DNA of 64,000 bases from the NCBI GenBank assembly GCA_051294375.1, contig CM119265.1, positions 11,843,818 through 11,907,817 of the forward strand. Direction: 5' to 3'. The translations under genes were made by a program, and so were the position numbers. Below the pieces are notes generated by a model that saw only the letters and a list, made by a program, of their open reading frames with translations, did not search any database and was not told the DNA's origin. Shown piece after piece: positions 27,220-42,218 of the stretch. The first letter of the stretch is position 1; every line of letters begins with the position of its first letter. The DNA is from Paraspadella gotoi (lineage: Eukaryota; Animalia; Chaetognatha).

Positions 27220-27443
27220 ACAGAGTAGTGACTCTGGGCTAGTGAAACTGTTGACGCCCTGCTGCCCGCGTCTAGTGGCATACGAGCAACGCCGAGACTC
27301 TTAAGCTGCCCCTTTGGTCTGCAGCCACCCATCGACCCGTTAGGGGGTCCGCAAGGTTTGCCCCCTAACAGTGGTGCATCGTCCGGGAAAGAAAATAAAT
27401 AAGAAAATAAGAAAATAAATAAGAAAATAAATAAGAAAATAAA
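27220..27443 (+). mobile_element. Probable 3' end of a non-LTR retroelement (structured 3' UTR plus tandem A-rich tail)
   Basis: GC-rich multi-hairpin segment followed by (AAGAAAATAAAT)n. Confidence 0.5.
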
Positions 27444-27577
27444 TTCAGCTCCAGCTCCGGCCAAATATGCCAGGTCCGGCAGTTCCGACTCCAGCTCCAC
27501 ATCACTGCAAGATAATAACATACGTAGCAGGACCCTGCAAGCTTTCATTCAAGACTATATTTAGCAGGATGACTCAC

Positions 27578-28339
27578 CTGCTAACACGATTTGGCACAAG
27601 AGTCTAGCTTGATCATCAGAAAGCGGATCCATTTTGGTCGACGAAACCAGTTCTTTTTGAATCAACGAGTTGACAGTTCGAGTCAGTTGACCGCGAAGTT
27701 GGCTGTAGGGAATGTCGAATTTATTAAAGAGATTTAAAACTGAAATTGATTTAATTTACTATTCCAAATGAATGATTAGAAATTTGAACTCCCTAACCTA
27801 ATCTCCATCATCGCTTTCCTCCTCAAGCCGAATTTTTTACAAAAACCTTCCGAACATCCCTCGTATTCGGCGGCTCCCACGGCCTTGAGGAGGACCATGA
27901 GATCGCCCAGCATGCGGCGATGTCCAACGCCGGCCAACTTTTGGCGCATCTCGCGCAAGGGTCGCGAAAAAGTGACGACGCCGGATTCGACGCTGGTTTC
28001 GTCGGCGTCAAACGAATCGTGGAAAAACACCTCTTGTACCGTCAGGGCCGATATGGCGGCTATGACGTAAGGAAGGCACCCGTGCTGATGCCCCATAGCG
28101 AGCATCTTGGAATACCGAGGAGAGATGGGAAACAAGGCCATTATTTTTCCCAGTTTGGTGATCTTTGGCGGATATTTTTCTGGCTCGATCGGCTTGCGGG
28201 TAGTACGTCTTAACAGCGATACACGGGCGTCCTCCTCAAGCGCCCCCAGAGATAAGAGCAGACGCTCGGCAGCAAGGAGCGCCTCCGTCGACGGAGGCGT
28301 CGGGAAAGGGAAGTTAATGACTTTATCGATTCCAAGATC
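27578..28339 (-). CDS. DHX37: DHX37 exons 6-7 (winged-helix/HA2 region)
   Basis: Exon 28339-27798 (DLGIDKVINFPFPTPPS...ITKLGKIMALFPISPRYSKML...GDLMVLLKAVGA...KAMMEI) and exon 27702-27578 (QLRGQLT...CQIVLAG). GT-AG boundaries, phases match. Confidence 0.92.
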
Positions 28340-31300
28340 CTGAAAGAAAAAGACCATCTGAAAGTTACATCTTGTAAGAGTGATGGAGGCCACCAAAGCC
28401 TGTCCAAAGCCACCAAAGCCTGTCCAAAGTCAGGGGCAAGATAGCTTATTTATTAAATGAATGGATAATTTTTATATTGGTTGTACCAATTTCATAAATA
28501 TATACCATCTTGGAAAATGAATAAGTCGCCAAATTTTAAAATTAGTTAATTGTATATTAAAATTTAAATATAACCAGGGTTGTGGAGCTGGCCATTTTTT
28601 CTCCAGATCCAACTCCAGCTCCGGCCAAAAAAAATTGTCAGCTCCAGCTCCAACTCCGGCTCCATCCTATATTTTTTTCCAGCTCCAACTCCAGCTCCAG
28701 CTCCAATAAAAATTTTGAGACAGCTCGAGCTCCAGCTCCCAGCTCCGACCCTTTAAAGTTTAATGTTGCATGTATTTAAATCAGTACTAATTTTACTAAT
28801 TTACTTATTTATAACTTATTTATCTGCTTATACTAAAATAAATAATAATTTTATTAATTCATGTATGAAATCATTTGATAATTGATTTATTAATAATAAT
28901 TATGTATTTTTTAATATTTAACGTATTAGAACACAATTTGTACTGAAATGTAAACAATGTTTATAAGAGTAAAAAATAAACATTTAATCCGCACTTAATT
29001 AATATACTTTATATCAAATAACTTTTAATTTTTAACTTTTATCTAAAATTTTACCTTTTACATTTTAAAATATTGTAATTATTTATCAGGATTTTACTAT
29101 CTTGTTTAAGACTCAGTATTTCATTGAATTTTGTGTCATGTGATCACCTTTTAAGGTGATCATGAAAAGTAGGATACTTATGCACGTTAAAGGTCTTTAC
29201 ATTTACTTTACCTTACCAGTTACCTTCCTTCCGAGTATAAACTGACAAATTGATAAAGTTATAAGCCTTTTTAACATAAGTGGTACAGACCAACGGACAG
29301 ACATACCGACCAACTGACCGACCGACAGGAAGGGAAAGGTCTCACTCCCAATGCCAAGGAATCAAGGACAAACCTTAGACCACCTTGTCTTAAGGCAAGA
29401 AGAGGGCAGCCGGCAAGCATATCACGTCAGATGAAGTAGCCCAAGGCATTTTTCCATGAGGATTTTTGCCCGACCCTAATATGACGAGGTCCCTAAGTCT
29501 GGGAACTCAAGATCCAAATGACTTATGACATGCCAATGACCCGGTCACATCGTCACTGCCTTCCCTTTGTCCAGAAGCGGGGGGCAAGCTCTTTCTTCTC
29601 TTATTTTTTACTAACTCTCTTCTCTTTAATGTAATTTATTGTTTATTTATTGTTTACTTTCACAATTTATTATTTAAAATGTTAATGTTTGCAAATTTAA
29701 ATTGTTAATATATATTAACTTATCTCAACTATCTCTCTTTCACTCTCCCTCACTCTTTTGTACTTATTCTTAACCGGTCTTTAACCTTCCACTGACTTTT
29801 TCTTAATTTTTTGTTGAAAACCTCTCTCTCTCCCTCTCACTCTCTCTCACTTTCACACACACAAACCTTATACTTAGTCAAAAATTTTTACAATTCATTT
29901 ATTAATTTTTTGCGCTAATGAAGACTTGCATCTAAAGTTAAAAAATTTCCCTTTTTCTCTGTTTCAAAATAAAATTGTTACATAAACAAGATCGGTCCAT
30001 CCGATGCGATGTTGCAGTGACTTTCTTTTCATGTGTTATTTATAAAAAGATTTATGGTTGATCACAACTGTGCAAAGTTTCATTACAAACAACCAGACAT
30101 TACAAGAAATATACTGCATTTGGGGTTCCAGCCTACACTATGTGTTAAATATGTTTCACCTTGTTTCGGGACGTATCGCCAATTTTATTTTTGGCTAGTT
30201 TTAGTCTCGGCCAATATTTTTGCGCGCTTTGTCTCCTGCCTAGATTTCCGTGATTTTAATATGAGATTAAGTAGTAGACACATTTGAATCCGACAAAGTT
30301 TTAATTAGATAACCAGTCTCGGTGTCATTCTGTTCGTTTTTCCAAGCTCTTTTTAACTAAAAAGTTTTAATTAAAAAAAAAAAACTTTTTCGCCCGAGCC
30401 AGGTCATTCAGCATAACAATACGTAATCATTGATGTGTTAGAGCTAATATATCGAGAAATACATTATAGTCATCAGTAATCACAAAGAAATAAGTTCTTA
30501 TTTATTTGTGTTCATTCTGTTTTCAATAATTTTTTTTAAATGGGTAAATAACAAAATTGTTAAGTTAAATGGGTAAGCACATTTTTTAAAGATTTGTTTT
30601 TCAATCTGGTTGTTAAAAAATTCTAGGTAAGAAGTTAAAACACGGTATGGGATAGTTTAGAAGGGGAGAATTAAACAATTAATCTCGTTACTCTGTTGGT
30701 TTTCCAGTCATGAACAAAATCTTCAGTTAAATAGATGGTAAAGAAATTCGAGCTACAATGAATCTACACTGAATTTGAAGAGTTGCAGCCTAAACGACTG
30801 CAATAATATTGAATTAAAAATTTGATAAGCAATCTTAAAAACATTTGTAAAAATGTAATAGAGAGACATTTTGATAAACGCGTTCCAGTTAGAAAGAATT
30901 CAGGGTTAAAGTTTAAAAACGTTTCATTTTCAAGGATACAAGTTGAAATTTAAAAATGTCTCTCTATTACATTTTTCTATTTCAGTAATAAAGAATTCAT
31001 AAAAAATATCAGATGGATTGGCCTTTTCGTTTGACCTGCAACTCTTAAGATAGGTTTCTTTTATTTTATATTATAATTAAAACCGATATAAAATGGGGTA
31101 GAATGCATCAAATGCTTAAAGTGAATACATTTTCGGAATCGCCAGGAGCTCAGCTTTCTGAATTTGTACTCCATTTTAGCCTATTTTGAAGTTGAATTGA
31201 ATGACCCTTTTTCTTAACCTTCCTTTTAATTTATTTTAAATAAAAATTTCGCGAATGAAAACTGAACCAATTCACTTTACCATGTTGTTTTAATATAAAA

Positions 31301-31730
31301 AAATTGGTCAATAATAAAAAGAAAAATAGAACGAGCTCTAGGGACAAGGCTTTTGGAATCTCATAAGTCGAAGTACCATTTATAATGGTAACATATCCTA
31401 ATCCCGTTTGTAATTTTAAAAAGTGAAATTTCCCTTTCATTTCTATAGTAAAATGAGGTATGAAAATCCTCTGGAGACGAGTAGTCCATTTCCCTGGCTT
31501 GTTTGATAGTAAAATCTTTATCAAATGAGACAAGAAGAAAGGAACGAGCTCTTGAGATGCAAAGCTGTCGGAATCGGGTGTTTTACAACTTTTCTATCGG
31601 AATTTCTTGCAGGCTCGTTTGTAAAGTTAGAAAAATGTTGAATTTTTTTTAAGCAAGATTTTCGCCTAGTAGTGTAAACTCCCTTGCTCTTCACAACTTC
31701 ATTTATTGTGTGGCATTGACTCATTAAAAC

Positions 31731-34700
31731 AAGTTTGAGCAAACAATGTCGGATCTGCCTACGAAAATTAATTAATTATTTAATTGATTAATTAATTTTA
31801 ATATTTAATAATTAATTATTAATTTATATACAGCTTATCATCATCGATGTCCTTAAAATAAAGTAAATGTGACTTATATTTTTCCATTTAAACTCATTTC
31901 CACTGCACAATTCCGTCAAAACTTTATATCTAGCTTCTTCACACACTTCCTTCCCGCTCACAAAAATTTCATCCCAATCTATTATGGGTTAAAATAAGTA
32001 AAAAGAGTCAAGTAAATGTGACTCATATTTTTTTTATTTAAACTCATTTCCACTCGTACCGAAACTTTATATCAAGCTTCGTCACACATTTTCCTACCCA
32101 CACACAAAATTTAAACTCAATCTATCCATCCAATTATGATTAATTAGAGTATTTATTGGTTAAAATAAGTAAAAGATTTTAATAAATGCGACTTATGTTT
32201 TTTCCATTTAAACTCATATCCACTCACACAATTCCGTCGAAACTTTATATCCAGCTCATCACCACATGTTCCTACCCATACATAAAATTTCATTCCGATC
32301 CAACCAGCCAATCATTATTGGGGCTTTTTGCTAAGGTGGGACGAATGGACGGATTGATTGACTGATTAATTAGTGATTAATTAATTGACTAATTGTTTAA
32401 TTAACTAATTAATTATTTGATTTATTAATACATCCTGCATATACATTTAATATAAAAAGAAAAAAAATCATAATCAATTAGTGAAACAGGTTTGTTTTTT
32501 TCCATTTAAACTCATTTCCACTTAAACGATTCCATCGAAACTTGGTTTCCTGTTCAATCACACACTTTCCTACTCACATACAAAATTCCAGGTCAATCGC
32601 CCAATCCACTCATGAGCAATTGGTGTTCAAATAATGAATTATATTTTTTTGTTTTTTCCATTTAAACTTATTTCCACTCGGAAGATTCCATCGAAACTTT
32701 ATATCCAGCTCAATCACACTTCCCTACCCACACACAAAATTTCATTCAAATCCATCTATTCAATCACAAGTAATTGGTGTTTTTTGCTAAGGTGGGACGG
32801 ACGGACGGACAGAGACGGACGGACGGGCATTTTTTTTGCATAATTTGTTGTTCCAAATGGAACCGGGATTCTTCATGGTTCTTCCCCACCAACAAAGTGA
32901 GCATCTGCTCTGCAAACGCGACATCTCCCGAGAGAAAAACGAAGAGGAAACCTCTTCCCCGCCTTCTCTTCCCCCTCCCGTACGCTACCTCAGTACGCCG
33001 ACACGAGACAGAATCACTCGTAACCAAGCAAACCAAGAGGGGGGAATCCCGCGAAGACTTCCGGTGAAGCACCACGCCCACTTGACCGGACGTCGTAGAA
33101 GAAGGGGAATGAGAAACCGCAAAAAACCAGTCCATGGACGAAAACCGGATGTGGAGAAACTGACGGCCGGACGAGGCAACGGCCGAAAGAGCTGTCGGGC
33201 GATCAGTCGGCGTCCTTAGCCGTCACTGGAGCCCCGCCCCTACGCTTGGGAGGCGGCGAAGACTTGCGAGGCCGGTAGGGACGGCGAACGGGACTACGCG
33301 GATTGCTACGCCCACGCTAGCGGCTAACAGAACAGGCGCAATTGTGTGGCGCCCCGGAGCGGAGAAGCGAAGATGGAACAGCTTGAGTGACGTCTGTGGA
33401 GCGAGTCTCGAAAAGAACGACGTGGAGGCCGGAGAACTGGACAGAACTGTCTTGAGATCCGAAGGGGCAGCGTCGACAACTAAGCGCCGAGACTCGGAGA
33501 GGGCCAACCAAAAATCGCGCCAAACCCGACGAAGGCGTCTCCAAGGGGCTTGGCAAGATCGTCAAGGTGGCCTGCGTCCACTGCACCGGGCCCCTCCGAG
33601 CGTAGGGCCTCAACCATGAGGCGGAGACCGTCAGCGACAGAAAAGACAGCATGAGCCGGACGCTCCGGCGTCCCTCATGATGCGCTCAAAAGCCTTGGAA
33701 AGCGCGCGTCGTCTTGGAGTCCTTCGAACGGCGTACGAACTGAGCGGCAAGGCAACTCGTCTTGAGCAGGAAGGGACGAAACCATCCGCCGGCGAAGAAC
33801 ATCCGAACCAGCGCCGGTGAAACTAGCGTACTTGGCGGAAGCACGTCCCAACCGACGGTAAAAGAACTGTCGTCCGGCCAACTCTGCGCAAATGCCCTTC
33901 CACTGCTGAGGAACCACTCCGAAGAGCTGTACAGAAGCTACGACGAGACAAGAAGTTGTCAAACCCCGTCAGCAGACTCTTCAGAGGAGGAACCCTCCTC
34001 TGATCGGAAACGGAGGCGTCGTCGTCACTGCGCAGATGGGGCTCGACGAGGAAGGGCATGACGCAGTCACCCGTCCCTCGGAGCCGTACGAAGGACCACG
34101 AATCAACGCCGCCAAGAGGCCGCCAATAGAACGCAAGACTCCAAGTCGCTGGCGATACAATGTCGAGAGATCGACGAAGAACGGCGAAATGGCGAACAGA
34201 GCGTCCAAGAACCATGAAGAAAACGTACATGGAAAAAAAGAGAATCATTGAAAAATGACAGTTCTCAAAAAAAGAGAACCCAAAAAAAAACCCCAAACAC
34301 CCACAAACAAGACAAGCGAGCCTGAGGCCGCCCTCCACCACCGGTGGTGCCCAGGGTGGACGGTGGGTGGTTGTTGGGGGAAGAACCATGAAGAATCCCG
34401 GTTCCATTGGAACATAACAAATTCTATCATGTAGTTCTTTCCCCCCAACAAAGTGAGCCGTGTAACAAGAACCAGGCGAGCAGGCATCGAAAAAAACAAA
34501 CAAACAAAGTCGAGTTAGGTGGGGCACAGGAGGAAACCCCTCTGTACACCGAATGTACGCCAAAAAAAGGCGAAAAAAACAAACGAAAAGAGAAGAACTC
34601 ACCGCCGAAGACTCTCTAACTCGGAACAAGACGAGCAGCGAAACTCCTTAAATTCGCGACGAACGCTAGAGAGAGCATTGCTAATTTGGAGAAGAACTGC

Positions 34701-35466
34701 CTCTATCTGAGAGGGCATGACTTTGACCTGATCAGAACAGCCCGGAATGGCTGGCGGTGGAGGCAGCGGCGAAAGCGACATGAGGGTAGTCGAGTTGAAA
34801 AACACGCGCCTCAGTCCAAAAAACGGAGAGTACTGGAAAAACAAGGGGGCCGAAAACAAGGTTCTTCCCCCTGCAGCCGTACTGTGCGCACAGGGCAAAC
34901 AAGAGGGCCGAGTCACAGCTCTTCCCCCCGCAGCCGCGCAAGGTGCGTCGAGGGCAAGCGAGAGGGCCGAGTCAAGGCTCTTCCCTCCGAAGCCACGCAC
35001 AACGAAGACGAAAAAGATGGCGGCCGTGAAGAGAAAACTTCAAAAAGCCACGTGTTGAAGAATATCTGTATTCTGAACTCCAAAAAAAGAGAAACGAAAA
35101 ATATGCAGAATTATTCAACAAAAATAATCAAAAAATATTTTCGAAAAAAAGCCGGGAGAACTGAGCGCAAAAGCGCGAACAGAAGAAGTGATTCTGTCTC
35201 GTGTCGGCGTACTGAGGTAGCGTACGGGAGGAGGAAGAGAAGTGGGGGAAGAGGAGGTTTCCTCTTCGTTTTCTCTCGGGAGATGTCGCGTTTGCAGAGC
35301 AGATGCTCACTTTGTTGGTGGGGAAGAACTACATGATAGAATTTATCATAATTCGATGGTCTGACATGATATAAGTGAATGCCTGACAATATTGAGTGGG
35401 CGGACCGACGGACCGACAAAGTGAATTATAGAGTCGGGATCTGCTGATAAGCAGATCCGACTAAAA
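31731..35466 (-). mobile_element. Helentron-associated (HINE/DINE-1-like) element hosting the DIRS insertion
   Basis: On the minus strand: TTTTTAGTCGGATCTGC-TTATCA-GCAGATCCCGAC head, (GTCC)n microsatellite, tandem central blocks, and GCAGATCCGAC...CAAACTTGTTTT tail. Confidence 0.7.
32847..35344 (+). mobile_element. Non-autonomous/degenerate DIRS1-type retrotransposon with ITRs and ICR
   Basis: ITRs ~32878-33018 and ~35187-35329. ICR 34376-34458 is the reverse complement of the right terminus joined to the left terminus. AATTT is duplicated at both ends. No intact RT or YR. Confidence 0.85.
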
Positions 35467-38202
35467 AGATTTAAAATTTTAGATAATTAACTTTTGACTT
35501 GTAATTAATGTTAATTATGTTAGAGCTTTCGTAAGTATATCATTCTCTTCATTTTTTAAGGCTTTCTCTGGATATTAATATTGTAATATCTTAATAAATA
35601 CTTAAAAAAAATACTTAAAAAAAATCTTAAAAGCATAAGGATGATCGCAATATCATAAGAAAAATCTGGATTGACGACAAATTTTGATACTAAAAAAAAT
35701 CAATTAATTTATAAACAGAAAGAAAAAGAAGAAAAGAATAAATAAAGAATAGAAAGGAAAGAAAGGAAAGAAAGAAGAAAAAAAAAGAATAGAAAGGAAA
35801 GAAAGAATAGAAAGGAAATAAAGAAAAGAAAGAAAGGAAAGAATATAAAGGGAAAAAAAAAATTAATTATTAACAGGAAGAAAAATTCTATTTTGCGATT
35901 GTCAATTTACAGTTTCTGAAAAAAAAAGAAGAAAAAAAAAAAAAACCTTTTCATTGCCAAAAGAATAAATATAAAACCGTAAAATAACTTATTTTCGAGT
36001 TTAATTTTTAGCAAGTGCTAAGACTGGAGTAACATATTGAAGGTACTTTTGTTTTACTTTAAGGGGACAAGTGAACAGGGGGGGTAAAAAAGCTGAAAAC
36101 ATAACGTTTGACCCTTTAACTTAAGCTGGTTCGATCATATAATTTTTTCTTCTATAATCATTTGGGAAAGTAGTTAAAAAATTCGATAAAATCAGCGAGC
36201 TTAATTTTCTTTAAAAAATCGGTAAGAAGAAAATCTTTTTCAAGTTTAAAATTTTTTTTTCCAAAAAAGGGTAAGATCTAATTTTAAAAAGATTTTCAGC
36301 TTTATCACAAAAATTTATAAGAAAAAAAAACTAGGAATGAATCAAAATTTAAGGTATCGACTGATTTTATTTAAACTTTCTTTTCAAATGATTCTGTTAA
36401 TTGGATGAAAATAAAACTCTTTGAAGTAATATAAATATAAAAGAAGAGAAAGATTCAGTACTTTTACTAAAATTTTTAATTGTTATAATTAGGAATCAAT
36501 ATAGTTTAATTATACATTTAAGGGATGAATATGAATATTAATTAATAATTATTACAGTTTTGTTTCTGTAAGAATAGAATTTAGGTTTGATTTGTCTGCT
36601 TTTAAGTAAATATAAAAATATAAAAATATTAGTCTTATAAAGCCTTTGTTCAATGAGGCTTAAACCTAAAATTATAGCTTTGTACAATAAAAAATAAAAA
36701 ATTGGAATTTAGTAAAAAATACTTTCTAATGCAAAAATAAAATAATGGATTATATAAATATTTAGGTAGGGTCAACTAAATTTTTTTTCATAATTATTAA
36801 AATTTTTGTTTCCGCTACAATAAGAGATAGAAATTTTTTTGCCACTTTCCCGTGCAAAGAAAAATTAATGACTATCACCATTCAAATTCTTGATGATAGA
36901 CCCTTAAGCTTATGATATCATTTTTATCACTGGGTCCCCTTTAGCACGCATAAGCGAACAGTTTGATCGAATGCGACCTCTCTAAACACTGTCAGCATTC
37001 CCAGACAAAAGACAAAGTGAAACTTGAAATAGACTGACGAAGTGAAGTAAAGACTAAAGTGAAATAAAAACCCGATATTACTATAGCAAAATGATAACAT
37101 GCACGAATGCGATGCCTAATTTTACGAGTTCAATTCCCAATTCAATTTTTTTTTTAATAAAAACACACCAGCAGAGAGAGAGAGAGAGAGAAGAGAGAAA
37201 GAAAGAAATCAAATGGCAGCAGCAGAAGCAGCAGGAGAAAAGAGAGAAAAAGAGAGAGCCCCTGCAGAGCCAGCTGCAGACTCAAAAGGCAGCAGCAAAA
37301 GCAGCAGGAGAAAAAAGAGAAAAAGAATAAGCCCCTGCAGAGCCAGCTGCAGACTCATTTTTTTCCCCTATGATTAAGAATCAGTGAATAGGGAAAAGAG
37401 AGGGAGAGAGACATGTAATTAAAAGAAAAAAGAGAGAGAGAAAGAAATATGAAAATAAAAGAGAAAATTTGTTTTGTTTTGATAAAACGTAAACAAAACA
37501 TATTTAATAACTGTCCAGACTCAATTTTAAGCACATCGATGATAAGAAGCTGTATATAAATTTTCAGCTTCATAAACCCAAATTTAATCATAAAAAAGGC
37601 GATCTATAATTTGAAAATTGAATTTAAAAACAGTGAGTTGGAAAATGAAAACCCGATTTTACAAGCCAACTTTCTCCACTCATTGCCAAAGCATATCTTA
37701 ACTGATCAATATAAAATTTGAACACATAAATGACTAATATTTTTTACTCAACTAATTTTTAAAATCAATGAAATAACCACTGGTTGAAAATGACAGCGTT
37801 TTTTTACCGGTGCTTATAAAATTGTCACCATGTACATAAATATGGCCTACTGCGTAAATTGTAAAATTTATTATAAAATTTTTTTATACATAAATGTTCA
37901 TTAGTATGAAATTGGTACAACCAATATAAAAATTATCCATTCATTTAATAAATAAGCTATCTTGCCCCTGACTTTGGACAGGCTTTGGTGGTTTAAGGCC
38001 TCCATCACTCTTACAAGATAATGACATAGCAGGTCCCTGCAAGTTTTCAATCAAGACTCTCTCACAGTCTCGTTTATTCACTCCCATATTGTTCGTTTCT
38101 CACTTTTAGAATTTTAATTAAATTTAGAATTTTACTACGCTTTAGTGGGGAACTTAAGTTTTAGAAAAAAAATGAAAACGAGTCATCTTCAGTTTGGCTC
38201 AC

Positions 38203-40747
<2,545 letters not shown>

Positions 40748-41061
40748 TGTCACGTCGTTTATGGCCGAGTTATTAAGAATCCATAAAAAATAATTAAAAT
40801 TTTGCTCGACAACTACCTTAGAACATACCAAACTATATAAAAATTTAAAATTAAAAATGTATAAAATTATATTTAACTGTTATTGTTATCCCATTTTTAA
40901 ATTTGTGATTTCTTCGTAATATGCAAAATGAAATAAAATATCGCATTTTTAAGAAATCATTCGATAGAAATTTATTTTAAATTTGTTATTTCTTTGTAAT
41001 ATGCAAAATGAAATCATATATCGGGCCAATGACATCAAATTTATTTTTAAAATATTGCTCC

Positions 41062-41375
41062 AGAGACGGGATCCCGCGGAAAGATCAACTTATGTGACCC
41101 AACATTAGAATGCTATAAATTGATAAATTGGTTTACTTTTACTTTCGCCAACCGGGCTTAGGGAGGGGTTAGGGTTTTATTTTAAATTCATTTTTTAAAA
41201 ATAAGTATTTTTAAGTAAAATTTATCCAAAAAATTATTACTTAATTACCCTAACCCTAAACCACCCTTAACCCCTCTCTAACCCGGTTGGCGAAAGTAAA
41301 AGTAAACCAAATTATTAATTTATAGCATTCTAATGTGGGTCACATAAGTTGATCTTCCCGCGGGATCCCGTCTCT
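41062..41375. mobile_element. Palindromic MITE with TTAGGG-like internal motifs upstream of DHX37 (duplicate at ~49950-50266)
   Basis: AGAGACGGGATCCCGCGG...CCGCGGGATCCCGTCTCT, arms ~100 bp. Confidence 0.8.
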
Positions 41376-41482
41376 TCTTAAAATTTAAGTAATTTTTCAA
41401 AAGACGCCAAAACCGCAGTCGGTGAAAGTCAAATTTATTAAATATACTAGTTTTGGGTAACTTTATTATTCGACGTCCGCAA

Positions 41483-42087
41483 TAAGGGCGTAGTAAAATT
41501 TCTAAATTTAACTTTAATTAAAATTCTAAAAGTGAAGAACGAACAATATTATACTTAATGAACATTTATGTAATAAAAAAATTTATAATAAATTTTACAA
41601 TTTATGCAGTAGGCCATATTTATACTAGTCTAAACCAATAAATGTTAAAATTTAAAAACAGTTTTTTAAAGATTTTTTTGCAGATTGGATTCGTTATAGA
41701 AAGTTGATAAAAAACTCTTTTTGAAAAATTCCTCATTAAGTGTGTCAAAAATTAGAAAAAGCTATATTTTAAGCTGAAAATTAACTTTTTATATATTAAA
41801 TATAGTTTTTTTAATTTTTAACCCACTTAATGAGAGAATTTTAAAAATGATTTATATTTTCTTCTATCAACTTTTGACGAGAAATTCAAATCTGCAATAA
41901 AAATTAAGAAAAGCCTATTTTGAAATTTTTCGATTTTATAAGGATAGTACTATATATCAAATATAGCCTACTGCGAAAATTAAAAAACATAAAATATACA
42001 TTTATATTTTAAAATGAATGTTCACTGATGGTATGTTGTTCATAATTGACTTTTAGAATTTTAGTATGTAACTTTCACTACGCCTTA
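41483..42087. mobile_element. AT-rich MITE (TAAGGCGTAGT...ACTACGCCTTA)
   Basis: Terminal inverted repeats plus internal inverted blocks. A related end occurs at ~37845-38144. Confidence 0.6.
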
Positions 42088-42218
42088 GTCCGCAACCAAC
42101 CTTAGGTACCACCGGTCGGTGCTTTGTTAATCCATTAATTTGTTTTCCTTCTAGCGTCAAGTCATTTTGCGCAGTAATATACATTTTATTTTGTTCAGTA
42201 ATACAAATTTATATAAAT

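Noticed and set aside
27508-28496. Two halves of one repeat flank DHX37 exons 6-7 in opposite orientation, hinting at an inversion
   Set aside because: Reversing it would flip essential exons; independent fragments of an abundant family are a simpler explanation.
41155-41285. Telomeric TTAGGG/CCCTAA motifs
   Set aside because: Only 2-3 degenerate units inside a palindromic MITE; not a telomere or fusion site.
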